Below, piece by piece: positions 12,258-30,784 of a DNA stretch of 64,000 nucleotides. Position numbers and translations under genes: made by a program. Within the stretch, counting starts at the first letter, position 1. Every line of letters begins with the position of its first letter. The notes below the pieces were generated by a model. The model was not told the DNA's origin. It did not search any database and saw only the letters and a program-made list of their open reading frames with translations. Source of the DNA: Octopus vulgaris (taxonomy: Eukaryota); assembly GCA_951406725.2 (NCBI GenBank), contig OX597841.1, forward strand, positions 16,740,001-16,804,000. Direction: 5' to 3'.

Positions 12258-12645
12258 TGAAGGCGCAATGGCCCAGTGGTTAGGGCAGCGGACTCGCGGT
12301 CGTGGGATCGCGGTTTCGATTTCCAGACCGGGCGTTGTGAGTGTTTATTGAGCGAAAACACCTAAAAGCTCCACGAGGCTCCGGCAGGGGACGGTGGTGA
12401 TCCCTGCTGTACTCTTTCACCACAACTTTCTTTCACTCTTACTTCCTGTATCTGTTGTACCTGTATTTCAAGGGGCCAGCCGTGTCACTCTCTGTGTCAC
12501 GCTGAATATCCCCGAGAACTACGTTAAGGGTACACGTGTCCGTGGATGGAGTGCTCAGCCACTTACACGTTAATTTCACGAGCACGCTGTTCCGTTGATT
12601 CGGATCAACCGGAACCCTCGTCGTCGTAACCGACGGAGTGCTTCC
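12258..12645 (+). mobile_element. tRNA-derived SINE family C, full length with TSD
   Basis: GGCGCAATGGCCCAGTGGTTAGGGC head, GGTTTCGATT B-box; TSD ATATTCAGCAAG at 12246-12257 and 12646-12657. Confidence 0.95.
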
Positions 12646-12799
12646 ATATTCAGCAAGGTCATACGATGCCTTAGACCGCTATCTTATTGGTTTTGGTTTA
12701 GAAGACGAAGATTTTTCGATAGATGCGATGCTGTTTCCGCAGACGTTGAGAAAATGAGCTGAGTCTGAGATCGCTTAATATAAAGAGCTTTGATCTTGA

Positions 12800-13580
12800 C
12801 ATTGATTGTTGGTGGTGATTGATGGTGATTGGTGGCGGAGATGGCGCTGTTGGTATTGGAGTTGCCGTTCGTGTTGTTGTTGTTGCTGTTGTTGTTTTTA
12901 TTGGTGGTGGTGGTGGTTGCGGCGGCGGTGGTGATGTTGGTGTTATTGGTGTTGCTGGAGGTGGTGGTCATGTCGGTACTGTAAATATTGGCGTTGTTGT
13001 AGTTGTTGTTGTTGATGTTGTCTAAGTTGTTATTGATGTTGTTGTTGTTGTTGTTGTTATTTGTGGTGGTGGTGGTGGTGGTTGTGGCGGTTATGTGATA
13101 TTAGTGGCGATAGTATGGGTGGTTGTAGCGGTGGTTGTTGCTGCTGCTGCTGCTGTTGTGACTGGCAGTGGTGGTAGCAGCGGCGGCGGGGATGGTGGTG
13201 GCAGCGGCGGCGGAGATGGTGGTGGTGGTGGTGGTGGTTGTAATGATGGTGCAGCAGATGCAGAATGCGGTAGCGGTGGTGGTAGTGTTGATGTTTATAG
13301 TATCGGTTCTGACAGTGGTGGTGGTGGTGGCGGCGATGTTTGTTATGGTGTTGGTTGTTGTGGTGGTGATGGTATTGACTGCCGAGGGTATGGTGGCGAG
13401 GGTGATTGTAGTATTGGTGTTAGCGATGCTATTGATATTGGTTGCGGTGGTAGTTGTGGTGTTGGTGGTCGTCGTTGTGATTATGACGGCGATGAAATAG
13501 TCGTTGGGGTGGTAGTAGTGGTGATTAGTCAGTGTTTGGGATGTAGTGTTGTTCTTGAGGTGGTGGTGGTGATGGTGATA
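12800..13580. repeat. GGT/GTT/GGC triplet low-complexity block
   Basis: Directly visible. Confidence 0.9.
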
Positions 13581-13769
13581 TACCTAAAGGTCAGCCATGT
13601 TGCTGCACAGTCTCTCAACGACAGTCCAGCCGTGACCATCTCAACCCATCCACTTTTCATGGGCAGTGAACACAGGCTGACAATACACAGTATGTTTTAG
13701 GAGTCAGTTCAGGAAGATTTGGCTGCTATTTCTAACAGGTCTACCTTCCATGTAAAGGGCACCCTTGGC

Positions 13770-14352
13770 TCACACATACATGCATACATGTCTGTGCATG
13801 TATGCATATATATGTATGTATATATACGCGTGTATGTGTTTGCACGTATGTATGCATGTGTGTGTGTGTGTTTGTATGTAATCATATATACCTGCGTATA
13901 TATGTGTGTGTATGTAATCATATATACGTGTGTATATGTGTGTGTATGTAATCATATATACGTGTGTATATGTGTGTGTATGTAATCATATATACGTGTG
14001 TATATGTGTGTGTATGTAATCATATATACGTGTGTATATGTGTGTGTGTGTAATCACATATACGTGTGTATATATGTGTGCGTGTGTATGTATTCATATA
14101 TACGTGTGTATATATGTGTGTATGTAATGATATATACGTGTGTGTGTAATCATACGTGTGTATATATATATGTTGTGTATGTAATCATATATACGTGTGT
14201 ATATATATATGCGTGTGTATGTATTCATATATACGTGTGTATATGTGTGTGCGCGTATGTATGCATATATATATGTATGCATTCGTATATATATGTGTGT
14301 GTGTGTGTGTACTTATGCATGCATGCATGTATGTATATACATGTGTGTGTGT
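13770..14352. repeat. TA/TG mosaic with unit of about 30-32 bp GTATGTAATCATATATACGTGTGTATATGTGT
   Basis: About 8 recurrences of GTAATCATATATACGTG. Confidence 0.9.
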
Positions 14353-14356
14353 ACAA

Positions 14357-15725
14357 TTAGAGGGAAATTTGACTGCTATTTCTACCAGCTCTATCTACCA
14401 TGTAGAGGTCTTCACCAGAAACTCATACATATATACGTACATAAGAGAGTAGGGTGTGATTTGAGGGAGATTTGGCTGCTATTTCTACCCTGTAAAGATC
14501 TCCCTCACTGGCTCACAAAACAGAAGACAGTGAGTTGAGTGAAATATTGGTTGCTATTTCTAGCAGATCTGACTACCATGTAGAGGTTTCCCTCATTAGT
14601 TCTTACATATAAAACAGTAGGGTGTGATCCGAGAGAGATTTGGCTGCTATTTCTAACAGACCTATCTACCACATAGAGGTCTCCCTTATTGGCTCTTACA
14701 TACATATATACTTACATAAGACATTAGGATGTGATTTAAGGGAGATTTGGCTGCTATTTCTAACAGACCTATCTTCCACATAGAGGTCTCCTTCATTGAC
14801 TCATATATACATATATAAGTCAGTAGGATGTGATCCGAGAGAGATTTGGCTGCTATTTCTAACAGACCTATCTACCACATAGAGATCTCCCTTATTGGCT
14901 CTCACATATAGACACACATAAGACATTAGGATGTGGTTTGAGGGAGATTTTTGGCTGCTATTTCTAGCAGGTCTAGCTACCATGTAGAGGTCTCCCTCAT
15001 AAACTCGTACATATATACATAAGAGAATATGGTATGATTTAAGGGCGATTTGGCTGCTATTTCTAACAGACCTATCTACCACATAGATCTCCCTTATTGG
15101 CTCTTACATATATACATACATAAGACATTAGGATGTAGTTTGAGGGAGATTTTTGGCTGCTATTTCTAGCAGGTCTAGCTACCATGTAGAGGTCTCCCTC
15201 ATAAACTCATACATATATACATAAGAGAATAGGGTATGATTTAAGGGCAATTTGGCTGCTATTTCTAACAGACCTATCTACCACATAGAGGTCTCCCTCA
15301 TTGGCTCATACATACATAAATACATACATACGTACATAAGTAGGGTGTGATTTAAAGAAGGTTTGGCTGCTATTTCTAACAGACCTATCTACCACATAGA
15401 GGTCTCCCTCATTGGCTCATACATATCTACATACATAAGACAGTAGGGTGTGATTTGAGAGATTTTTACTTCTATTTCTAGCAAATTTAGCTACCACATA
15501 GAGGTCTCCCTCATTGGCTCATACATATCTACATACATAAGACAGTAGGGTGCGATTTGAGAGATTTTTTACTTCTATTTCTAGCAAATTTAGCTACCAC
15601 ATAGAGGTCTCCCTCATTGGCTCATACATATCTACATACATAAGACAGTAGGGTGCGATTTGAGAGATTTTTACTTCTATTTCTAGCAAATTTAGCTACC
15701 ACATAGAGGTCACCCTCGTCGGTTC
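14357..15725 (+). repeat. Tandem array of about 14 units of about 100 bp
   Basis: Unit GGGTGTGATTTGAGGGAGATTTGGCTGCTATTTCTAGCAGGTCTAGCTACCATGTAGAGGTCTCCCTCATTGGCTC(AC/AT)n; a single dispersed copy at about 13700-13770. Confidence 0.9.
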
Positions 15726-15744
15726 AGACATACATATATACACT

Positions 15745-15900
15745 TCTACTTGTTTCAGTCATTTGACTGCGGCCATGCTGGAGCACCGCCTTTTAGTCGA
15801 GCAAATCGACCCAGGACTTATTCTTTGTAAGTCTAGTTCTTATTCTATCGGTCTCTTTATGCCGAACCGCTAAGTTACGGGGGCCGTAAACACACCAGCT
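15745..15900 (-). mobile_element. SINE family A 3' fragment
   Basis: Matches family A tail. Confidence 0.85.
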
Positions 15901-18110
15901 GTAGTTTTCACACCAGCTGTATTGGTAGAAGTATCAGTGGTTACTGTTGTGGTATAGGCTGTAGTAGTAGTGCCCTGTTTAAAGTGGTTGCGGTAATTGT
16001 GGCAGTGGTGGTTGTAGTTGTGTTGGCAATAGTTTTGGTAGTGGTAGTAGTAGTAGTAGTAGCGGTTTTGATGGTGGTGCTAGTGATAGTAGTGGCGGTG
16101 GTGATGATGGTAGTAGTAGGGGTGATAGTAGTTTGGGTAGTAGTAGGGTTGGTGGTGATAGTGGTAGTAGCGGTGGTGTTGGTGGTAGTTTTTTGTTAAG
16201 TGTTAGCGCTGACTGCGGCAGTAGGTGTGGTAGTGTCTCTCGCTGTGTGGGCACTAGCTGTTGTGGTAGTTGTGGCTGTGGCGTTAAGTATAGGTGCTAG
16301 TATTGGTATCTCTAAAGCGTGTTGCGGCTGTAGTATTAATGGTATCGTTGATGATGGTAGCGATGTTGCGACGATAGTTTAGGCTTACTATGACATTAAT
16401 GATGGTGGTGGTGGTTGTGGTGGTAGCGGTGGTAGTACGACTGTGGATGCGATGTTGTAGCTCTGAGGTAGTACGGCGTGGCATTGGTAGGAACGCTGGT
16501 GTGACGGTGATAGGCATGGTGGTGGTGGTGGTGGAGTGATGACGATGGTGGTGGTGGTAGTGATGATGATGATGGTGGTGGTGGTAGTGATGATGGTGGT
16601 GGTGGTGATGATGGTGGTGGTAGTGATGATGATGGTGGTGGTGGTGGTGATGATGGTGGTGGTGGTGGTGAAGATGGTGGTAGTGATGATGATGATGGTG
16701 GTGGTGGTGATGATGATGATGATGGTGGTGATGATGATGATGGTGGTGGTGATGATGATGATGGTGATGGTGGTGGTAGTGATGATCATGGTGGTGGTGG
16801 TGTTGATGGTGGTGGTGATGATGATTATGGTGGTGGTGGTGGTGAAGATGGTGGTAGTGATGATGATGTTAATGGTGATGTTGGTGGTGGTGATGATGAT
16901 GATGGTGGTGGTGGTGATGATGATGGTGGTAGTGATGATGATGATGGTGGTAGTGATGATGATGGTGGTGGTGGTGATGATGATGGTGGTGGTAGTGATG
17001 ATGATGGTGGTAGTGATGATGATGATGGTGATGGTGGTGATGATGTTGATGGTGGTGGTGTTGATGGTGATGTTGATGGTGGTGGTGATGATGATTATGG
17101 TGATGGTGATGGTGGTGGTTCTGGCATTCCTAATGCTATCGACTACGACGATGATGATGATGATGGCGGCGGCAGCGATGTTTTGCAATGATAGTTTGGG
17201 CTACTCTTACCATGGTGATGCCATTGACGGTATTAATGGCATCGGAGGCTGTGGTGGTGGTGGTGGTGGCGGCAGCGGTGGTGGTGCTTCATGGCGTTGG
17301 CGGCGCAGGTTTTAAACGCCACACACACACAAATCAATAAGTTAGAAGCGAGCCGTGTTCAATAATATATATCGACCTATTTCTAGATTACGGCTTAATG
17401 AACCCAAATATATAAGAAACGACGGTGGAAGGGGTGGGCGGGCGGGTAGTGGTGGCGGTGGTGGTGGTGGAGGATTTGGCGGTGATTTGTGGTGGGGGAG
17501 ATCGACTTGTGGCGGCGGCGGTGGTGGAGGTTATGGTAGTAGAGGCATTGGGTCCTATTTTCGGTCACGTCGGTGATGGTGGAGATGATGATGATGGTGG
17601 TGGTGGTGGTGGTGGAGGTGGATGTTATGGTGTTGGTGGTAGTGGTGGGTGGTGGTGCTGCTGGTCGTGGTAGTGGTGGTGCTGCTGGTGGTGGTGGAGG
17701 TGGATGTTATGATGGTTATGGTGTTGATGGTGGTGGTGCTTGTTGTAGTGGTGGTGGTGGTGGTAATGGTGCTACTCTTGGTTGTGTTGGAGTTGACGGT
17801 GGTTTGACGGGATCGACATTTTCTTGGTGGAGGTGTCGGTGCTAGTAGCAGTGGTGATGTGACGGTGGTGTTCCTGTGGTAGTATAGCTCTGGCGGAGTG
17901 TGTCGGTGGCGGTAGTGGTGATACTTAGGATGGTGGTGGTGGTGGTAGTGGTGGTATGATTGTGGTGGTGGTGGTGGTAGTGGTGGTATGATTGTGGTTG
18001 TGATGTAGCTGTGAAGTAGTGTGCCGTGATATTGGTAGGGGCGGTGGTGTTGACGGTGATAGGCTTGGTGGCAGTGAGGTGGTGGTGATGGTGGTGGTGG
18101 TGCTATTGGA
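15900..18110. repeat. GGT/GAT/GTA triplet block with nearly pure (GGT/GAT)n core at 16515-17165
   Basis: Directly visible. Confidence 0.95.
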
Positions 18111-18237
18111 TAAAAGAGGTCAATGGCAGGAGATGGCTATGATGGGTGGTGTAACACACACGCGCGTGGGTGCAACTACACGAATTTTATTGATATATGT
18201 CTACGTATGTATATATGTATCCGTGTATGTATATGTT

Positions 18238-18286
<49 letters not shown>

Positions 18287-18578
18287 CTGTGTGTGTGTGT
18301 GTACACATATATCTGTGTGTGTGTTTATATCTATGCATGTATGTGTGTAGGTATGTATGTACGAATATGTATCGATGTATATTCAATATATATATACACA
18401 CACACACTAGTGTACGTACAATCTATATATCTATATAGTGTACATATAAATGTGTGTGTATATATATATATATACATACGTGTATCTATACATGTGCATA
18501 TATATATATGTGTGTGTGTGTTGGAGTGTGTTGTTTATGGGTATGTGTTCATTCATATATATATATATATATATGTAT

Positions 18579-18618
<40 letters not shown>

Positions 18619-20069
18619 GTATACATACATGTGAATATGTAGGTGTATATCGGTACGTCTTCTAGTGTCCATGTATGTGTATGCTTGTGTATGTATGTAG
18701 GTATGTATATATTCATGTATGCATGTGTACCTATGTATGTATGCGTGTGTATCTATGTATGTATATGTTCCCATATGGGTGTGGCTCTAGTTTATAATGA
18801 TATTGCTCGAATTTAAAAAAAAAAAATATTCATTGAGTTGCGACACAAGACACTTGCTGCCAGCCGAATAATGTTAATAATTAAATAAATATGTATTGAG
18901 TACTAGATTTTTTTTAATGTTGAGCTCATTAGAAAGAACGGAAATAGCGAATCTAGAAAATAAAGAAAAAAGATAGAAAATATAATTATATTTAACGTGT
19001 ATATACACAAATATATATAAAAATATATATGTATAGATATATACATGCATACATACATACAAAGGTATATATGTATGTATGCGTATGTGTGTGTGTGTCT
19101 ATATGTATTTATTTACTTCTACACACGCAGGCATAGTATTATGTGCCTTCATGATGTTTCAATGACCCTTTGACTCTTCAGCCAGTGTTGATGCACAAAA
19201 AGTTAATAGTAGTCGACTACTATAAGACTTAGTCTGTGAAGTGACTCCTTCTAATGCACAATAAGAACGCAGCAATCTCTTTCATGTTTAACTTATACGT
19301 TACTCTCTCTCTCTCTCTCTCTCTCTCATTCTCTCTCTCTCTCTCATTCTCTCTCTATCTCTCTGTCTGTCTATCTATTAGTTTATATGTCTGTCTGTCT
19401 ATCTTTCTATTTGTCTCTATCTCTTTAGGATCTTGTGAAATTAATTCTAGATTACGCTTGTTAAAATCTGAAACACTTATAATATCCAGCAACTATTTTC
19501 AAGAAAAGTTAGCGTACTTAATCCATACGTTGTTCATCTAAATTCATCTAAACGCATTTATTTGCTGAAAATACTCAGTAACTAATTAACTCATTCGGGG
19601 CTATGACCGATGCCTATGTGATTGAAGTAAACGGAATGTGTGGATTTCACATACACGCATATAAAGTAAATTTCAAGATATTTACCTAAGACTATTTTGG
19701 AGATTCCTTGATGTTTCAACACGTCTTTAGCTCTTCAGCCGGTGTTGATGAAAACGGGTAGTCGTCTGTCATACTTTAGACATTTCTTTACTTTTATAAT
19801 TTACAACGCATCCTACAATGTTTTGCTTGTAACTAACCTTAAATTACTGCTAAATATTTTGTTATCTTACTAATGTAGGGCATTGTACCATGCAATTTTT
19901 TGTTCCCAACTTTTAAGCTTTGACCATATATTTTTTGTGTTTTTTGTGAAAAGCGAGGAGAAGGATTAGCAATATTTGAAATTAAATCACGTGTGTTTCT
20001 AGCTCATCCTTTTGTCATATAGAGTTATTTGTTTTATGAGGCATACGATAGGTACGAATCTTGTCTCTA

Positions 20070-20935
20070 GGCGTGGCCGTGCGTTAAGAAGCTTGTTTTC
20101 TAATCACATGGCTCCGGTTTCAGTCCCACTGCATGGCACCTTGGGCAAGTGTCTTCTACTATAGGCTGGATTTGGAAGACGGAAACTGAAGGAAGCTCGT
20201 CGTGTATATATTTATGTGTGTACAGGCGTAGGTTTGACTGTGTAGTAAGAAGATTGCCCCCTAACCACAAGGTACCCAATTCAGTCCCACTGCGTACGCA
20301 TTTGACACCCTGTATTATAACCTCGGACCTTGTGAGTGCATTTGGTAGATGGAAAGTGAAAGAAGCCCGTGGTGTGTACATGTATATGTGTGTGCGTTTC
20401 TATCTTTGTTTGTTCCCCGGCCCTATGAAACCTGTGTTGGAGTATTAAAGGTGCGCATAATCGAGCGATTCGGCAAAAGCAACTGATAAAGTATGAACCA
20501 AACTTAACAAAAAGAATAATAGGCGCAGGAGTGGCTGTGTGGTAAGTAGCTTGCTTACCAACCACATGGTTCCGGGTTCAGTCCCACTGCGTGGCATCTT
20601 GGGCAAGTGTCTTCTGCTATAGCCCCGGGCCGACCAATGCCTTGTGAATGGATTTAGTAGACGGAAACTGAAAGAAGCCTGTCGTATATATGTATATATA
20701 TATATGTGTGCGTGTGTATATGTTTGTGTGTCTGTGTTTGTCCCCCTAGCATTGCTTGACAACCGATGCTGGTGTGTTTACGTCCCTGTCACTTAGCGGT
20801 TCGGCAAAAGAGACCGATAGAATAAGTACTGGGCTTACAAAAGAATAAGTCCCGGGGTCGATTTGCTCGACTAAAGGTGGTGCTCCGGCATGGCCGCAGT
20901 CAAATGACTGAAACAAGTAAAAGAGTAAAAAGAGT
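20070..20935 (+). mobile_element. Two degraded family-A-related SINEs (20070-20515) followed by a young full-length family A copy (20521-20935)
   Basis: Repeated TCAGTCCCACTGC / GGAAACTGAAAGAAGC motifs; intact head GGCGCAGGAGTGGCTGTGTGG at 20522. Confidence 0.85.
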
Positions 20936-21800
20936 ATGTATTGCGTTTGATTCTTTTGACAAAAACAAAAAATAGCTTCTGGGTGGTGCCCCAGAATGGC
21001 CGCAGTCTCATGATTGAAGTTAGTAAATGATTAAAGATAAAAGTAACATGGAGATTTTTGCTGCGTAATATGAGCGCATTTCGCTAACTAGCTTTATTAG
21101 GTCTTTCCTAAGCCTATTATATTTATGCTCTCTCATGTTTCACGAGAGTAATAGCCCATCATTTCTATAAATGCCCCTTTTACAATTTCTTTTTTATGTA
21201 AAGCGACTACGGTATATAACCCCATTATTTTGAACAACAAACCTCATATTGTGACCTCATGATGGCGGTAATACATCATCTGTGCTTTCTTTGTTTTAAG
21301 CCGGTCGAATTATCAAATTACAAGATGGATTTCCTCGTAGGCATCACTATATTGTTATATGCGCTAATCGACAAATTTATATCTACAAAAAGCGAAGCTT
21401 CAGCAAGAGGCTTTGTGATAGGACAAATATCAATGATGTCAAACAGAGTATATTTATAATATTTATTGCCGTGGACGTCAGAAACTATTCTAATATTTTT
21501 GTTCCTTTATTATGTGTTGAGAAAAAACAGTACGTTTTACACTAAGTAAATCGCCTCTAGAATTCCCTCGTTAAGCATTCTTAATTCAAGTTATGCGGGC
21601 TTAATTAACCAGATTGCTAGTGAATTCTCATTTGCGGTCTTTAAGAGTAATATACGGTATTCGGAAGCGAGGTTACGTGTACTGGTCTATAATCTGCTTT
21701 TAAGTTGAGGCAATTTCCTTAGCTGCGAGATCTATGAAGATGTGTTTATTGGTTCTAGAAATCTAGGCATATATAATATGTGTGCGTGCGCATGTGTGTC

Positions 21801-21852
<52 letters not shown>

Positions 21853-22059
21853 GAGAGGGGAGAGGGAGGTCTACATATATGTAGGGAGATATGTAGATAG
21901 ATGTCTGTGTGGTTGCGCGTTAGTAATATCGGATTACAGCCGGATATACACACACGCACACAAAATATGCACACACACATCACATATACATACACACACA
22001 CATATGTATGTATATATGCATTTTATGTTTGTATATGTAAAGATGTATATAAATCCATA

Positions 22060-27345
<5,286 letters not shown>

Positions 27346-28184
27346 TATGTTTGTGTGTCTTCTTTAGCTCTGCCAAAAGGCCTTTCTTTCTTCGCATCAG
27401 GCTAAACATATATATTCTCACAGAATTGCATTAAATATGCCAAATTCCTTTTTAACGAGCTTTGGAAACTCTTACAGACTTACCGGAATCAGATTCTTTA
27501 TGCAAGGTTAAAAAAACGAAAATCCGTTCCAGAAAATAGTTCCAGTACTTCGTTAACTTATACTTTTGTTCTCTTCCTCCCTCTCCTCCCCCTTTTTTTT
27601 TTTCTGTCTTTTATGCATATTCTACTTTCGAAATGTTTAATCTTCGCAATTTCCGTATGTTCTATTCAATAGTGATTTCCCTTGAGCTTTTGATCACGAT
27701 TATTCAAAGATCGAAAACTAGAGAATTTACGAAGTAACGAACGATTTGTAAAGTTTACAGTTTTCATATGAGTATACTATACAAGTAACTTAAAATCTGG
27801 GGGGTCAATTTGTTCGGCTAACACAACCTGTTCGCTGCTGCCCCACGCATATTTATACATACTGTTAAAAGCGGTGCTCCAGCATGGCTGCAGTCAAATG
27901 ACTGAAACGAGTAAAGAATAAAATATAGTTATATATATATCTACCCTTTTCTTCAATTATTTTATATTGTACCTGTATAGGTAGGAGTCTTGCAAGCCAC
28001 CTCATTATTACTGTTTAAAACAGTAATAATAACACATTTAAATTATATATATATATGAGAGATGTGTAGTTGTACAACAAGGCACCTATGTTTGCTGGAA
28101 ATAGCACGATAAATTTACGACGCCATAGTAAAGCATCACTGTGTTAATACTGTTTGTAGTGGATACTATATATAATTCATTGTT

Positions 28185-28900
28185 TTTTTACTCTAGGCAC
28201 AAGGCCTGGAATTTTTGGGGAGGGGACAAGTCGATTAGATCGACCCAGTATGAAAGAATGGAGAGGATGAAAGGCAAAGTCGACCTCGGCGGAATTTGAA
28301 CTCAAAACATAAAGACAGACGAAATACCTATTTCTTTATTACCCACAAGGGCTACAACAAGGCACCTATGTTTGCTGGAAATAGGCAGTCGATAAACTTT
28401 TATCGACCCCAAGCCGAGAACTCAAAACATAAAGCATCACAGACATAGGTATTAAGTGTTAATACTGTTTGTACCTGGAAAACTGATAAGGAGGCAGCCA
28501 GAATTTTGGATAATTCATTGTTTTTTTACTCTAGGCACAAGGCCTGGAATTTTTTGGGGAGGGGACAAGTCGATTAGATCGACCCAGTATGTAACTGGTA
28601 CTTAATTTATCGACCCCGAAAGGATGAAAGGCAAAGCCGACCTCGGCGGAATTTGAACTCAAAACATAAAGACGTACGAAATACCTATTTCTTTATTACC
28701 CACAAGTGGCTAAACACAGAGGGGACAAACAAGGACAGACATAGGTATTAAGTCGATTACATCGACGCCAGTGCGTAACTGGTACTTAATTTATCGACCC
28801 CGAAAGGATGAAAGGCAAAGCCGACCTCGGCGGAATTTGAACTCAAAACATAAAGACAGACGAAATACCGCTAAGTACGTCGCCCGGCGTGCAAACATCT
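28185..28900 (-). mobile_element. SINE family B multimer within a scrambled local duplication
   Basis: Repeated AAAGGCAAAG.CGACCTCGGCGGAATTTGAACTCAAAACATAAAG cores. Confidence 0.85.
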
Positions 28901-29593
28901 CTGCTAGCATTATTAGCGCTTTTGTTCGTTTATCGAACTCGTCAAGACAAAATCAAAATCAAAAGGGCAATAACAGAGCGTTTCGTTGTTCATTTATATG
29001 AATCGGATACTATTTTGTTCTGTTTAGAAGAGGACAATATTGGCATTTTGTGGTAAAAGAAGAGAAGTACAGTGGTGGGGGAGAATAGACAGAGAGGTTT
29101 CAGGACAATCAAGAAAGAGGAGAAAAATAATAAAGGATTGGGAAAAGATAGATAGCTAGATAGAGAGAGAGAGAGAGGCTTCTTTTCAATTTGATGTGGT
29201 TAATTCATTGAAATTTCATTACAAAGCATTTTTCTGTTTTTCTTTTTCCATTGTATACCTGTCAACATATTTGTAAATAAGCACATTTTCTCACAAGGGC
29301 TGATGGCCTTTGAAAGATATCAATTTTAGGAAATAGGGAAACGTAAGAAAAGAGGGAAGGTGCGATCATCACTGAAAAATTGTAAAAAAAGACCTGTTCA
29401 AAGTCCTATGAAAATCTATATTCCTTCACACTTGTATAGTCAAGTTCCATATTCCGTGTAATTCCATGTTTTGCATGGACCAACATTAAATATTATAACA
29501 ATATTCATAGATTAGGAGAATAAAGTCAGAATATATAAAAAAAAACAACAATTTGGCACTGTTTATGATTCAGTCTGTTTTCTATAGGCATTT

Positions 29594-29980
29594 GTAGAGG
29601 CGCAATGGCCAAGTGGTTAGGGCAGCGGACTCGCGGTCATAGGATCGCGGTTTCGATTCCCAGACCGGGCGTTGTGAGTATTTATTGAGCGAAAACACCT
29701 AAAAGCTCCACGAGGCTCCGGCAGGGGATGGTGGTGATCCCTGCTGTACTCTTTCACCACAACTTTCTCTCACTCTTACTTCCTGTTTCTGTTGTACCTG
29801 TATTTCAAAGGGCCGGCCTTGTCACTCTCTGCGTCACGCTGAATATCCCCGAGAACTACGTTAAGGATGCATGTGTCTGTGGAGTGCTCAGCCCCTTACA
29901 CGTTAATTTCACGAGCAGGTTGCTCCGTTGATTCGGATCAACCGGAACCCTCGTCGTCGTAACCGACAGAAGTGCTTCCA
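29594..29980 (+). mobile_element. SINE family C, full length with TSD
   Basis: TSD TATAGGCATTT at 29583-29593 and 29981-29991. Confidence 0.95.
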
Positions 29981-30136
29981 TATAGGCATTTAATTAAACA
30001 TCATTGTATATTTAGTGGAAGCCACTCTGTAGGATATAAATTACAAGATCAAATAGGGTCTACTTCAATATATTTTTTTTCGAGTATTTTTCATACTTTT
30101 GTAGAATTTATATTGCTTTTTCTTGCTTGCTTGGAT

Positions 30137-30514
30137 GTGGAAGCACTCCGTCGGTTACGACGATGAGGGTTCCGGTTGATCCGAATCAACGGAACAGTCT
30201 GCTCGTGAAATTAAAGTGTAAGTGGCTGAGCACTCCACAGACACGTGCACCCTTAACGTAGTTCTCCTAGGGATATTCAGCGTGACACAGAGAGTGACAA
30301 GGCCGGCCCTTTGAAATACAGGTACAACAGAAACAGGAAGTAAGAGTGAGAGAAAGTTGTGGTGAAAGAGTACAGCAGGGATCACCACCATCCCTGCCGG
30401 AGCCTCGTGGTGTTTTCGCTCAATAAACACTCACAACGCCCGGTCTGGGAATCGAAACCGCGATCCTACGACCGCGAGTCCACTGCCCTAACCACTGGGC
30501 CATTGCGCCTCCAC
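30137..30514 (-). mobile_element. SINE family C, full length with TSD
   Basis: TSD TGCTTGCTTGGAT at 30124-30136 and 30515-30527. Confidence 0.95.
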
Positions 30515-30784
30515 TGCTTGCTTGGATAAGATAATACAAAATAGATCTTTTTCACGAATTACTTTGCCAAGTAGCTACCTTGTAGATATCTTTCCTAATC
30601 AGTGTTAAAATAGTTCTGGTATTCTTTCTCCAGTCTACGTAAGTTCTATAAGAACAACAGTTGTCAAAATCCCAAATTTATACACATATCTGATCATTTA
30701 TAGAGATGAGCGTCACGTTGTTAACATTGGTGCCACGTTCAGAAACAGCAGCAACTGTGTAATATAAATGTTTTCTCTTCATAC

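Noticed and set aside
12258-12335. tRNA gene (also heads at 29597, 30514, 61678, 49250 and in families A/B)
   Set aside because: tRNA-like heads continue into shared SINE bodies, with TSDs in family C; cloverleaf incomplete
14357-15725. CRISPR-like array
   Set aside because: Whole units are homologous; no unique spacers
2613-17315. Thr-rich mucin-like or Val/Met-rich ORFs (2613-3512, 16388-17188, 16536-17315)
   Set aside because: Triplet-repeat read-throughs open on both strands, with no signal peptide, domain or splice context
21259-21459. 66-aa ORF in AT-rich unique DNA
   Set aside because: Short, no recognisable homology or convincing splice sites
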